In this document: one piece after another, positions 1 through 8,058 of the stretch
Layout: every line of letters starts with the position of its first letter
Numbering within the stretch: the first letter of the stretch is position 1
IMG/VR virus record: IMGVR_UViG_3300025151_000024
Location: 1-64,000 of that record
DNA: 64,000 nucleotides
Source of the DNA: a virus
Strand: one strand, 5' to 3'
Notes under the pieces: generated by a model
Seen by the model: the letters and a program-made list of their open reading frames with translations, nothing else
Told to the model about the DNA's origin: nothing
Databases searched by the model: none
Made by a program: the position numbers and the translations under genes

Positions 1-1
1 A

Positions 2-682
2 CACAAGAATACTGTTTATGAAAGTGGTTTGAAGAAGGATTTTGATGGTGAAATCACCACAGGAAGATTCCCTGCGAATGTGATTATGGATAAGGAAGCG
101 GGCGAGATTCTTGACGAGCAAACAGGCGAATTGAGTGCCGGACACGCACCAAAGTTAAGCAAAGGCAACCCATTTTCAGGTGCTAATGATACTGAACGCC
201 AAGAAATACATTATGGAACAGGCGGTGCATCACGATTCTTCTATTGTGCCAAGCCATCACAGGCTGAGAGGCATGGTGGTTTAGAATCTTTAGAGGATAA
301 GGAAAAATATGCCGATTTTGGTTTGAGGAATAGAATACAAGATGGAGTTATTACTAATGATAGAACCAATAACGCTGCATACACATCAAAGAACAATCAT
401 CCAACGGTAAAGCCCATCAGTCTGATGACCTATTTGTGTCGTCTTGTGACTCCTAAGAATGGAACAGTACTTGACCCATTTATGGGAAGTGGCTCAACTG
501 GAATAGCGGCTTGTATGGAAAACTTCGATTTCATTGGGATAGACATGGAAGAAGAATATGTCGAAATCGCTCGTCATCGAATTACACATTGGAGTGATTA
601 CAAACTTGATGATTTAGAGGTCGGAGAAGAAACAGATTTCAAACCTGTTAGATTCAGAAATCAACCAGCAACGTATTGGTAA
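2..682 (+). CDS. DNA methyltransferase (N6-adenine/N4-cytosine family), 5'-truncated
   Basis: HPTVKP motif and SAM-binding VLDPFMGSGSTG; RFFYCAK typical of phage N6_N4 MTases; frame open back to the window edge. Confidence 0.92.
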   Translation, partial: HKNTVYESGLKKDFDGEITTGRFPANVIMDKEAGEILDEQTGELSAGHAPKLSKGNPFSGANDTERQEIHYGTGGASRFFYCAKPSQAERHGGLESLEDKEKYADFGLRNRIQDGVITNDRTNNAAYTSKNNHPTVKPISLMTYLCRLVTPKNGTVLDPFMGSGSTGIAACMENFDFIGIDMEEEYVEIARHRITHWSDYKLDDLEVGEETDFKPVRFRNQPATYW

Positions 683-696
683 AAGGAGATAGAAAA

Positions 697-933
697 ATGG
701 AAAGAGAAATTAGGAACATTGTATGTCGTTTGGAACTTACAAGAAAGGACAAAGAATTGGCTTTGATTGAGGCATCATGTTATCGAACAATGGAGAACAA
801 ATATGCTTACGCATCGAAGATAACGAAGGCCGATGTTGAGGCTAACTGCATAACCGATGACGAAATCCAAGAGGGATTGGAAATGGTCGGTGAGTGGGGA
901 GTATGGGTTTCCGGTGTCGAGAGGGGTGAGTGA
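697..933 (+). CDS. Hypothetical protein
   Basis: ATG at 697 after AAGGAG; fills the operon gap. Confidence 0.65.
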   Translation: MEREIRNIVCRLELTRKDKELALIEASCYRTMENKYAYASKITKADVEANCITDDEIQEGLEMVGEWGVWVSGVERGE

Positions 934-936
934 ATA

Positions 937-1206
937 ATGGGAGAAGAAAACATTTGGCGAAGTCCTAGTATGGAAGGAAAGTGGATGAATGGTAAGGGAG
1001 ATGTGCTGGCTAGGCGCATTGACTACTATCAGAAGATTTGGTTAGACCTACGCATAATCAATGTGCAAGATGGAAAACACCAACCCACCCGACATGGAGT
1101 TAGATTAACAGTAGAACAATTGAAGGAGATTCTACCTAGACTCGTTGAGTTTGTAAACGAAGTCGAAGATGAGTTAGAACAAGAAGAGCGGAGTAGAGAG
1201 GAATGA
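937..1206 (+). CDS. PC4-like ssDNA-binding protein
   Basis: WLDLR...PTRHGVRLTVEQL resembles the PC4 signature (DIR...PT.KG..L...Q). Confidence 0.75.
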   Translation: MGEENIWRSPSMEGKWMNGKGDVLARRIDYYQKIWLDLRIINVQDGKHQPTRHGVRLTVEQLKEILPRLVEFVNEVEDELEQEERSREE

Positions 1207-1640
1207 AAATTTGGCACATTGAATGTTCTGAGTGTGGTTTTAGGCAACGTGCTATTCAAGACCCAAAACCGAAAAGAAAATGCCCCAACAGACACACCAC
1301 TTGTACTAATTCACATTTAGATTTAGTTCATGAAATTGAGCATCTAAACCAATGGTACGACTTTAGTAGGGAAGAGAAAATTGATGACGGTTTCCATTTT
1401 GGGAAATATACTAATTACACAATTGTACCTGTTTGGGGTCATGTTGATGGTCATCTTGTAATGATTGGTAAAAGGAAGCGATACCATTTACAGGAATGCT
1501 GCGGTAAAAACCGATTCAATTCTCGTTGTCCAGTATGTAATTATAACTGGAAGTCTGAAAAGCAAATTCCTATAACTTTCCCTCCTACAAAAATAGATGA
1601 AGATGGTTATGAAGGATACACAATAAGCGGGGAAGAATAA
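1203..1640 (+). CDS. Cys-rich (Zn-ribbon) hypothetical protein
   Basis: CSEC, CPNRH, CC and CPVC motifs; ATGA overlap with the upstream gene. Confidence 0.65.
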   Translation: MKIWHIECSECGFRQRAIQDPKPKRKCPNRHTTCTNSHLDLVHEIEHLNQWYDFSREEKIDDGFHFGKYTNYTIVPVWGHVDGHLVMIGKRKRYHLQECCGKNRFNSRCPVCNYNWKSEKQIPITFPPTKIDEDGYEGYTISGEE

Positions 1641-1756
1641 TGAAATTTATGGCAACAATCGGAAAAGAGAAAAGAGGAAAAACTGGATTTGTTTATGATA
1701 CTCTTAATAACGGAAAAGAGGAACTTTGGGTTTTAGATTTCGATGGTGAGGAATAA
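1640..1756 (+). CDS. 38-aa microprotein, truncated paralogue of the ATPase at 6297-7298
   Basis: Read by hand: MKFMATIGKEKRGKTGFVYDTLNNGKEELWVLDFDGEE; TAATG overlaps at both ends; GxxxxGKT and LWVLDFDG match the ATPase. Confidence 0.7.
   Translation: MKFMATIGKEKRGKTGFVYDTLNNGKEELWVLDFDGEE
1709..1748 (+). repeat. Dispersed 40-bp repeat, second copy at 6552-6591
   Basis: aacggaaaagaggaactttgggttttagatttcgatggtg vs aacggaaaagaccaactttggattctagatttcgatggtg; 36/40 identical by manual alignment. Confidence 0.85.
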
Positions 1757-3168
1757 TGAAATTCTCGTTAGCAGCGAGATTACATGAATCTCTCCTTCTT
1801 GGTAATGATAAGCGACAAGTACTATCATCAATTGATAATTACAAAGATGCACTAGAATTGTATCACTTGTTTTGCCCGCAAAGAAAAATTATTACCAAGG
1901 GCGATTTACATAATTTAGCAGCCGAAGAATTCGGTGTTTTCGTAGATGTTATCGCTGATGTGGTGGGTGAGCGTGAAACATGGCGAGTTTTAGCCCTAGA
2001 AAGCAACGTAAGCGGCTCTAGAGACTGGAAAGTATCTGAGGCTATCCAACACGCCGAGAGCCTCAAAGATGGCGCAATCGGCTTACTTGAAATTACGAGC
2101 CTTCTCGATGAAATCGAAGCCCGTTTGTTTTGGAGATTCATTATCGGTGAAAAAGTAATGAGAGAAACCGCTTTCTTGAATGCCGTAAGTCAGAATACTT
2201 CTATTCAAAGTCGAATTCTGAAACAACACATCGCTGTAAAAGACCCCGAAGAAATACTAGAGGCGTTATTCAATGACCCTGAATCGTTAGGTGCAGGTGT
2301 GTTATGGAGTGAAGAACCATCACTAGCATTAACACCACGCAGGTTTATTCCACATCTATCACAAAATGGCCCTACCAAAATTAAGAAATACAACGGTGGT
2401 TTTTATCAACGAATACTAGCCAAAGGTGCAACCAATATGTTGCATATCACAAATGAGCCTACTGGTTCTCGTTTCGTATGGCGGGATAGAACTGGTCGGT
2501 TAATACCGAAAGGTCTAGCGCCTAAGTTAGATTGGTCTATCAAAGGGCCAGTTATCTTAGAGGCGCTTGGTGAAAATAATACTATTCACGTTTATGATGC
2601 GATATACCCAAGATATCCTACATTAACATTACAAGAAAGGTTAGAGAAATTCCAATCTAGTCTTACAGATGAACCGATAGTGGTTCATTTCCCTACTGAA
2701 ATTGAACACTGGAGTGGTTTAGTTACAGTATTAGATGACGAGGAAATAATACGCTTCCCGAATTTTTCAGCATACGAACCATTTAGTGAAGGGGGGTACA
2801 CTTTGATGACATCTATGGCTCGCAAGATATTCAGATTACAACAGGTGAAACAAAACGAAGGTCGTTTATTTATTCGTGTAGCAGCACTTGATGGTCTAGA
2901 TGATTACGTCATCGTGGGTGAAATGGAAGCCTTCGATGATTTAACACCACAGTTGTTATTTTCTATCAAGAGAAGAACTGGTTTCATTCCAAAGGATACT
3001 TGGGAAAACGTGTCCGATACCGATTGTATAGCGGTAGAGGTGGTGACCCCACGAATAACTTATGAACCAATCAACATCGAAAGCCCTCTCCTTGTCGCTG
3101 TTCGTGACGACTTGGGGATATCTGATATCACACAAATAGTAGATTTAATGTTCGGAGATGATGAATAG
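1756..3168 (+). CDS. ATP-dependent DNA ligase-like protein, degenerate (no KxDG motif)
   Basis: EARLFWRFIIG (DNA-binding-domain-like), RDRTG, VILEA, HVYDAI, TLQERLE and C-terminal PLLVAVRDD follow ligase domain order; catalytic motif I not recognisable. Confidence 0.65.
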   Translation: MKFSLAARLHESLLLGNDKRQVLSSIDNYKDALELYHLFCPQRKIITKGDLHNLAAEEFGVFVDVIADVVGERETWRVLALESNVSGSRDWKVSEAIQHAESLKDGAIGLLEITSLLDEIEARLFWRFIIGEKVMRETAFLNAVSQNTSIQSRILKQHIAVKDPEEILEALFNDPESLGAGVLWSEEPSLALTPRRFIPHLSQNGPTKIKKYNGGFYQRILAKGATNMLHITNEPTGSRFVWRDRTGRLIPKGLAPKLDWSIKGPVILEALGENNTIHVYDAIYPRYPTLTLQERLEKFQSSLTDEPIVVHFPTEIEHWSGLVTVLDDEEIIRFPNFSAYEPFSEGGYTLMTSMARKIFRLQQVKQNEGRLFIRVAALDGLDDYVIVGEMEAFDDLTPQLLFSIKRRTGFIPKDTWENVSDTDCIAVEVVTPRITYEPINIESPLLVAVRDDLGISDITQIVDLMFGDDE

Positions 3169-3600
3169 ATGGATGATTGGTCATTTGCACTTGGGTTCAT
3201 CATTAGCGACTTGAAATTTCACGCTAGTATGACTAGGAGTACTCAAACCCCGACTGGTTTTAGGCTACGAAAATACATTTGGTGGAGAACTCTATTCGCA
3301 AAGCCTAGAGATGGATTATTAGAATTGGTTGAAGAGCAATTAGAGACAGTAGGTATTTCACTCAAGGAAGAATACCACAACAAAAAAGAAATTCAGATGT
3401 GGTTTTCTTTGATAGAAAAAGCCAATTTAGAAAATAAGTTATCCGACCAATTAGGAATTAAACAACTGAAATTTGTATTAGACAATCCCTTCCCAAAAAC
3501 ATTCGATAGTATAGTAGAATGGGCAAAAGAATTCGATAATATTGAGTTGGGGTATTTAAAGGAAACAATAAATGAGGTTGAAGCACATGGCATGGAATGA
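3169..3600 (+). CDS. Single-motif LAGLIDADG-like protein (degenerate)
   Basis: N-terminal FALGFIISDLKF resembles YLAGFxDGDGSF, followed by a beta-hairpin-like segment. Confidence 0.45.
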   Translation: MDDWSFALGFIISDLKFHASMTRSTQTPTGFRLRKYIWWRTLFAKPRDGLLELVEEQLETVGISLKEEYHNKKEIQMWFSLIEKANLENKLSDQLGIKQLKFVLDNPFPKTFDSIVEWAKEFDNIELGYLKETINEVEAHGME

Positions 3601-4549
3601 AATTACACGACCAATCCACCTAGGTCAACTAGTTGGACAGAAGGAATTTGTTGACGAGGCTGGGCTTTGGGAAGCCAAACAAGAGTGGCCTGATGCTATT
3701 CTCCTTCAAGGACCACCCGGAGTAGGGAAAACTACTGCCGGAAGAATCATTGCTCGTTCCGCGCTTGGCGACTTTTTTGACCCAGTGAATTTTGTTGAAA
3801 CAAACGCTTCTGATGATAGAGGTCTTGAATTTGTTAGAACTGAATTGCGAACCTTAGCATCAAGTAGACCTCTTGGGGCAAAAAGAAGAGTGGTTTTACT
3901 TGACGAAGCCGATGGTTTGACATCAGCCGCCCAAGACGCTGCTCGACAGATTATTGAAAACCACGCTGGTAATTGTTTATTCATTCTCACGGCAAACAAT
4001 GTTGAGAAGATTAGACCAGCAATAAAGAGCAGATGTTCGATATACAATTTCAAACCACTTTCACCACAAGAAGGAGCAATACACCTTTCCAATGTATGTA
4101 AAACAGTCAATGTCTCACAAGATATCCTAGAGGACTGGCAACAGCATTTCCCTAGACTAATACATATGTTAGGTGGAGATTTGCGCTCTTGTGTTAATGT
4201 GTTGGAAAGCACACCTCAAGAAATAGGAGCATTAAAAAAAAAGGTTTCTGAATTAGATGTCATAACCGATGCGGCTATTGCCAGCACAGATAACGAGTGG
4301 ATGGAGATGAGAATCGGTTTCCATAAAGCGTTAGGATTAGGACGTGACCGCTTCTTTATCATGCGGTCTTTTTACAACAACATTTCAACATTCTTTGATA
4401 TTTCAGACGAAGATGGTAACAGCAAACTGTGGAGTGTTCTTGCAGTTTACGGAGATATGATGAGTCGAATCTATGAATGGCCGGACAGCGATGCCGCATT
4501 CATGGATTGTTTCGTAGCCCAACTTAGGCGGGAGATGATGATAAAATGA
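3587..4549 (+). CDS. rfcS: Replication factor C (clamp loader) small subunit
   Basis: WNEITRP (cf. W.EKYRP), Walker A GPPGVGKT, NASDDRG, Walker B LLDEAD, SRC motif IKSRC. Confidence 0.93.
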   Translation: MAWNEITRPIHLGQLVGQKEFVDEAGLWEAKQEWPDAILLQGPPGVGKTTAGRIIARSALGDFFDPVNFVETNASDDRGLEFVRTELRTLASSRPLGAKRRVVLLDEADGLTSAAQDAARQIIENHAGNCLFILTANNVEKIRPAIKSRCSIYNFKPLSPQEGAIHLSNVCKTVNVSQDILEDWQQHFPRLIHMLGGDLRSCVNVLESTPQEIGALKKKVSELDVITDAAIASTDNEWMEMRIGFHKALGLGRDRFFIMRSFYNNISTFFDISDEDGNSKLWSVLAVYGDMMSRIYEWPDSDAAFMDCFVAQLRREMMIK

Positions 4550-5895
4550 CAGACGAATATGAATATGAACAAATGGAAGAAGAAGAAACGAAAGTAGCCG
4601 GTTTTGCTCGTGAGGGTGGCGGTAAAACGCTACCCGAAGGGGTAATGCTACGGCTGAAAATGCACAGCGAGAGAGTTGGAGAGAGCATAGAGAAGGTAGA
4701 GAAATTCTATCTTGATTCTATCCGAGACGAATATGGCTGTGAAGATTGGGCTGATGAAGATGAAGACCTACTTGTTGATTGGTCGGAACAAATCTTAGTA
4801 CAAACCCGAAGAGCAACAATGGGTGGCGGTGCTAACACTGTTACTTTTGTAGGTTGCTTTATCGGTGTAGATGGTACAAAGAGAGACCGCAGACAAAACA
4901 TGAGGAATCGTGCAGCGATTGATTTCACAAGAGACCCAAATGCCGCCATTGATGGTGGTAGGATTGGTGTTTACGAAAAGAATGGCGACACATGGAAGAT
5001 TACCACAGCAAACGGCTCTATTGACACAGTAGAGCCAGTAGATGAACCTCCTGTACTTGGATTCCTAGCAGACGGTCAATACATCTGTTTGGTGGGTTCA
5101 TCCACTGGTCGTCCAATGCCTTCTACTTTGATGGGTAGGCATTACTATTTCCTAGGTAATGAAGAAGATAAGTTTGAGCAAGATATCAAGATGTGGCGTG
5201 TTGATTGTGTAGGAGACGCTACTAATATCGAAGTTAAAATTGGTGAGCCATGTAAGATATTCGTTAGACCACCAAACGAAAATGCTCCTGATGCATACAA
5301 GGATATTCTTGGAATTTCCGCTGGTTTTGAGGATTCTATTGAATACACTTACGACTTCGTTGGTGAAGATGAGAAGAAGTTCCTTCACCCCGGTCGCTTC
5401 TTGGTGAACCCTGATATGCATCCTTTCTATGCACCTCTTGAGGATTTAGAAGAAGCATACGAATCAGGCTCTCGTACCTTTGAGATAAACGGAGAGCAAG
5501 GTAGGGCTGGTCCTATTGTAATCACTAAGGGTACAGTTACACGACTTTCCACTGAACCTAGAGAAACTGAGTATGACGAGTCCGGTAGAAATTACGTATT
5601 CAATCTAACATCGGTTGCTCTACAAAGTCAATACGGACAAAGTAACTCATCTGAGGTTGCTTGCTGGGTTAGTAGCGCTTGCCACGATAACTCAAAGCCG
5701 TTCATTGCTCGTGATGATGTATCCGAAATTGAATGGGCTGAAAAGTCAACTGTCTACGTAATCGGTAGAATCGGTATGTCTGTAAGAGATGGAGAAAGAA
5801 ATCCGAAACTCACTGTCTTTGGTGTCTATGCAGACCCAAGAAGAATCCGCCGTAGAGTAAGCGGTGGTAACACTGGACAGGAGCAGTTTAACTGA
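4546..5895 (+). CDS. Probable RPA/OB-fold ssDNA-binding protein
   Basis: Acidic, beta-rich 449-aa protein with OB-like segments (VITKGTV, VYVIGRI) inside the replication operon; positional inference. Confidence 0.45.
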   Translation: MTDEYEYEQMEEEETKVAGFAREGGGKTLPEGVMLRLKMHSERVGESIEKVEKFYLDSIRDEYGCEDWADEDEDLLVDWSEQILVQTRRATMGGGANTVTFVGCFIGVDGTKRDRRQNMRNRAAIDFTRDPNAAIDGGRIGVYEKNGDTWKITTANGSIDTVEPVDEPPVLGFLADGQYICLVGSSTGRPMPSTLMGRHYYFLGNEEDKFEQDIKMWRVDCVGDATNIEVKIGEPCKIFVRPPNENAPDAYKDILGISAGFEDSIEYTYDFVGEDEKKFLHPGRFLVNPDMHPFYAPLEDLEEAYESGSRTFEINGEQGRAGPIVITKGTVTRLSTEPRETEYDESGRNYVFNLTSVALQSQYGQSNSSEVACWVSSACHDNSKPFIARDDVSEIEWAEKSTVYVIGRIGMSVRDGERNPKLTVFGVYADPRRIRRRVSGGNTGQEQFN

Positions 5896-5906
5896 GGTGA
5901 AAAAGA

Positions 5907-6101
5907 ATGAGTGAAGAAAGAATAGTGAGACTAATTAGGAATGAATTGGTTAATGCCGTCAACCACATAACGAAAGCGATGATGGAATCGGGACGTGTTA
6001 ATTTGGATAGAAATCTAGCACTAGACCGTCTGAATGAGACGTTGAAAGATATGATGGGGACACAAGAAGCAATTCTACAGGAGATGAAGAAAAATGAGTA
6101 A
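5907..6101 (+). CDS. Small helical hypothetical protein
   Basis: GAGGTGA RBS; overlaps the next gene. Confidence 0.65.
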   Translation: MSEERIVRLIRNELVNAVNHITKAMMESGRVNLDRNLALDRLNETLKDMMGTQEAILQEMKKNE

Positions 6102-6297
6102 AACTAAGGTAGAATTAGAAGCAGAAAACGCAGCATTGAAAGCACAGGTAGAAAGAGTGGAGATGTTAGAGAAGCAGGTTGCTAGGCAACAATTACAATT
6201 ACAGTTGCTGGAACAATACGCCAACACAGTAATGGGTGCTGGGCAACAATTGATTTCTAACATTGAGGCTTTGAATAAAGCAAGTGGTGATGAGTGA
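6094..6297 (+). CDS. Small coiled-coil protein
   Basis: ELEAENAALKAQVE heptad pattern; coupled to neighbours. Confidence 0.65.
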   Translation: MSKTKVELEAENAALKAQVERVEMLEKQVARQQLQLQLLEQYANTVMGAGQQLISNIEALNKASGDE

Positions 6298-7298
6298 TGG
6301 CGGGTTTTGGCGCAGCGAAGCGCATTCAAGAAGATAGAGAAGAGAGCGGCGAGCCTCTACCTACTGCTGAGAATAAAACCACACCTGTTGTAAATAGCAA
6401 TGACCCATTCTCAGATTTGAGAAGCGAGTTACAATCACTTCACAAGAATCAACCGAAAACTACGGTTTTTGCTTTGATTGCTGGACATGAAAACACAGGA
6501 AAAACTGCGATTGTTTTAGATGCATTCGATAGGCATTGTAAAAATGATAGCAACGGAAAAGACCAACTTTGGATTCTAGATTTCGATGGTGGTGGGGTGG
6601 GTACTACAACCGCATTCCATTCAAACAACGATAGAATTAGATGTTGGAATCCTTGGGTAATGCAAACTGGAAACAGAACTGCATATGATTATCCGGGCAC
6701 TCACGACCGTGTTATGAATATCATGCAATTCGCTGTGGATACAGCCCGAAAGCAGAACGATGATGGTTATGATGGTGAAAGAATTTGGGGTCTTCTAGTA
6801 ACAGGGATAGACCTTTGGGATTCGATTGCGATTAACTGTATGAGAATCGAAGACCTAAATTTGGCTCGTGACGGTATCGAAGCGGCTGACTGGAACGTTA
6901 AGGTAGGCCATCAGTGGGATTGGGCGATACGCAAGACTAGATTCCATCAATTGACCGCTCTATCAAAGCAGTTAGTGTCAGCAGGTTGTCAGGTGTATTG
7001 GGAAACCCACTTACGAATGACAAACTATTCTTTCGGTAAAAACGAAGATGGTGCTAAGTGGCGACCTGATTGTGAGAAATCAACCAACAATTACGTGTAT
7101 CAAATTTTGATGTGCGAAAGAGTTGATACCTATGACGATGAACGGCGTGAAATTATCAAGAGCGAGTATACAGTCACCTTTGATAAGAGTAAAACTAATG
7201 CAGAACTACAGGGACAAAGAAGAACAATACTTGTTACAGAAACAGGAAAGCCAGCCCGATGGGTCGGTCTTCCTGAACTAAGTGATGGGAGTTTGTGA
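6297..7298 (+). CDS. RecA-fold P-loop ATPase (RadA/Sak4/AAA_24-like recombinase)
   Basis: Walker A GHENTGKT, ILDFDGG, degenerate Walker B (LLVTGID), VYWETH. Confidence 0.75.
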   Translation: MAGFGAAKRIQEDREESGEPLPTAENKTTPVVNSNDPFSDLRSELQSLHKNQPKTTVFALIAGHENTGKTAIVLDAFDRHCKNDSNGKDQLWILDFDGGGVGTTTAFHSNNDRIRCWNPWVMQTGNRTAYDYPGTHDRVMNIMQFAVDTARKQNDDGYDGERIWGLLVTGIDLWDSIAINCMRIEDLNLARDGIEAADWNVKVGHQWDWAIRKTRFHQLTALSKQLVSAGCQVYWETHLRMTNYSFGKNEDGAKWRPDCEKSTNNYVYQILMCERVDTYDDERREIIKSEYTVTFDKSKTNAELQGQRRTILVTETGKPARWVGLPELSDGSL

Positions 7299-7301
7299 GA
7301 T

Positions 7302-8054
7302 ATGACAGAAGTAGAGTTAGATAGAAAAGATTTCCTTCAATTCCTTTCTTCTTTTGGGGAAACTGAGGATTTGAAAATTGTAGCATCTAAGGATTCTATT
7401 TCAGCAGAAGTAGGGTTTTCCACACACTATTTGAAAAAATCAATGGCTGTTGAGGCTAACTCAATAAAAACTGAAGGTGAAATAGATATTTCAGATTTGA
7501 AAAAGTTGGTTTCTTTTTGCAAAAAGATAAGCAAAGATAGTATCTTGGTAAGGCAAATGGGGTCAGGTAAGACTTTGTATGTTAATGGTGGTAGCACAAA
7601 GTTACAACTTCCAACAAGTAATACTATTATTTCACATACAAAAACGCCGTTGATAAATAAATTAATTTCTGAGGCGAAAGATACTATGTGGTCTACTTGG
7701 ACTCCGCAGAAACTTGAGATATCCACACATGGTGATATATCTGCATCTGAGTTACTCGATATTGCTAAGATGAAAGATATTGTCGGGAAACACGGAATTA
7801 CAGTATCAGTAAATGCTGATGAGAGTGAATTTGCTGTTGCTATGGGTAAGAAACATACCCCTCGTATTTTCTCCACGTTAAGCGTATCGAATTCTCAAGG
7901 ACCAATGGGTACTGTAGAGAGTGATTTCGGGCATTGGTTTACTGATTGTCTTGGTATGCTTGAAGAAAGCGCTGCTACTTTTCACATGGGTGAATCATTA
8001 CCTTTGATTATTGAACAAGAAAATACACTATTGATAATAATCCAAGAAGCGTGA
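7302..8054 (+). CDS. Probable PCNA-like sliding clamp
   Basis: 250 aa (PCNA size), alternating alpha/beta pattern, C-terminal MGESLPLIIE resembles the PCNA end; directly upstream of PolB, with RFC in the same operon. Confidence 0.6.
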   Translation: MTEVELDRKDFLQFLSSFGETEDLKIVASKDSISAEVGFSTHYLKKSMAVEANSIKTEGEIDISDLKKLVSFCKKISKDSILVRQMGSGKTLYVNGGSTKLQLPTSNTIISHTKTPLINKLISEAKDTMWSTWTPQKLEISTHGDISASELLDIAKMKDIVGKHGITVSVNADESEFAVAMGKKHTPRIFSTLSVSNSQGPMGTVESDFGHWFTDCLGMLEESAATFHMGESLPLIIEQENTLLIIIQEA

Positions 8055-8058
8055 TTGG

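Noticed and set aside
2-682. Restriction-modification system
   Set aside because: No cognate restriction endonuclease recognised downstream; upstream context lies outside the window, so it is treated as an orphan MTase.
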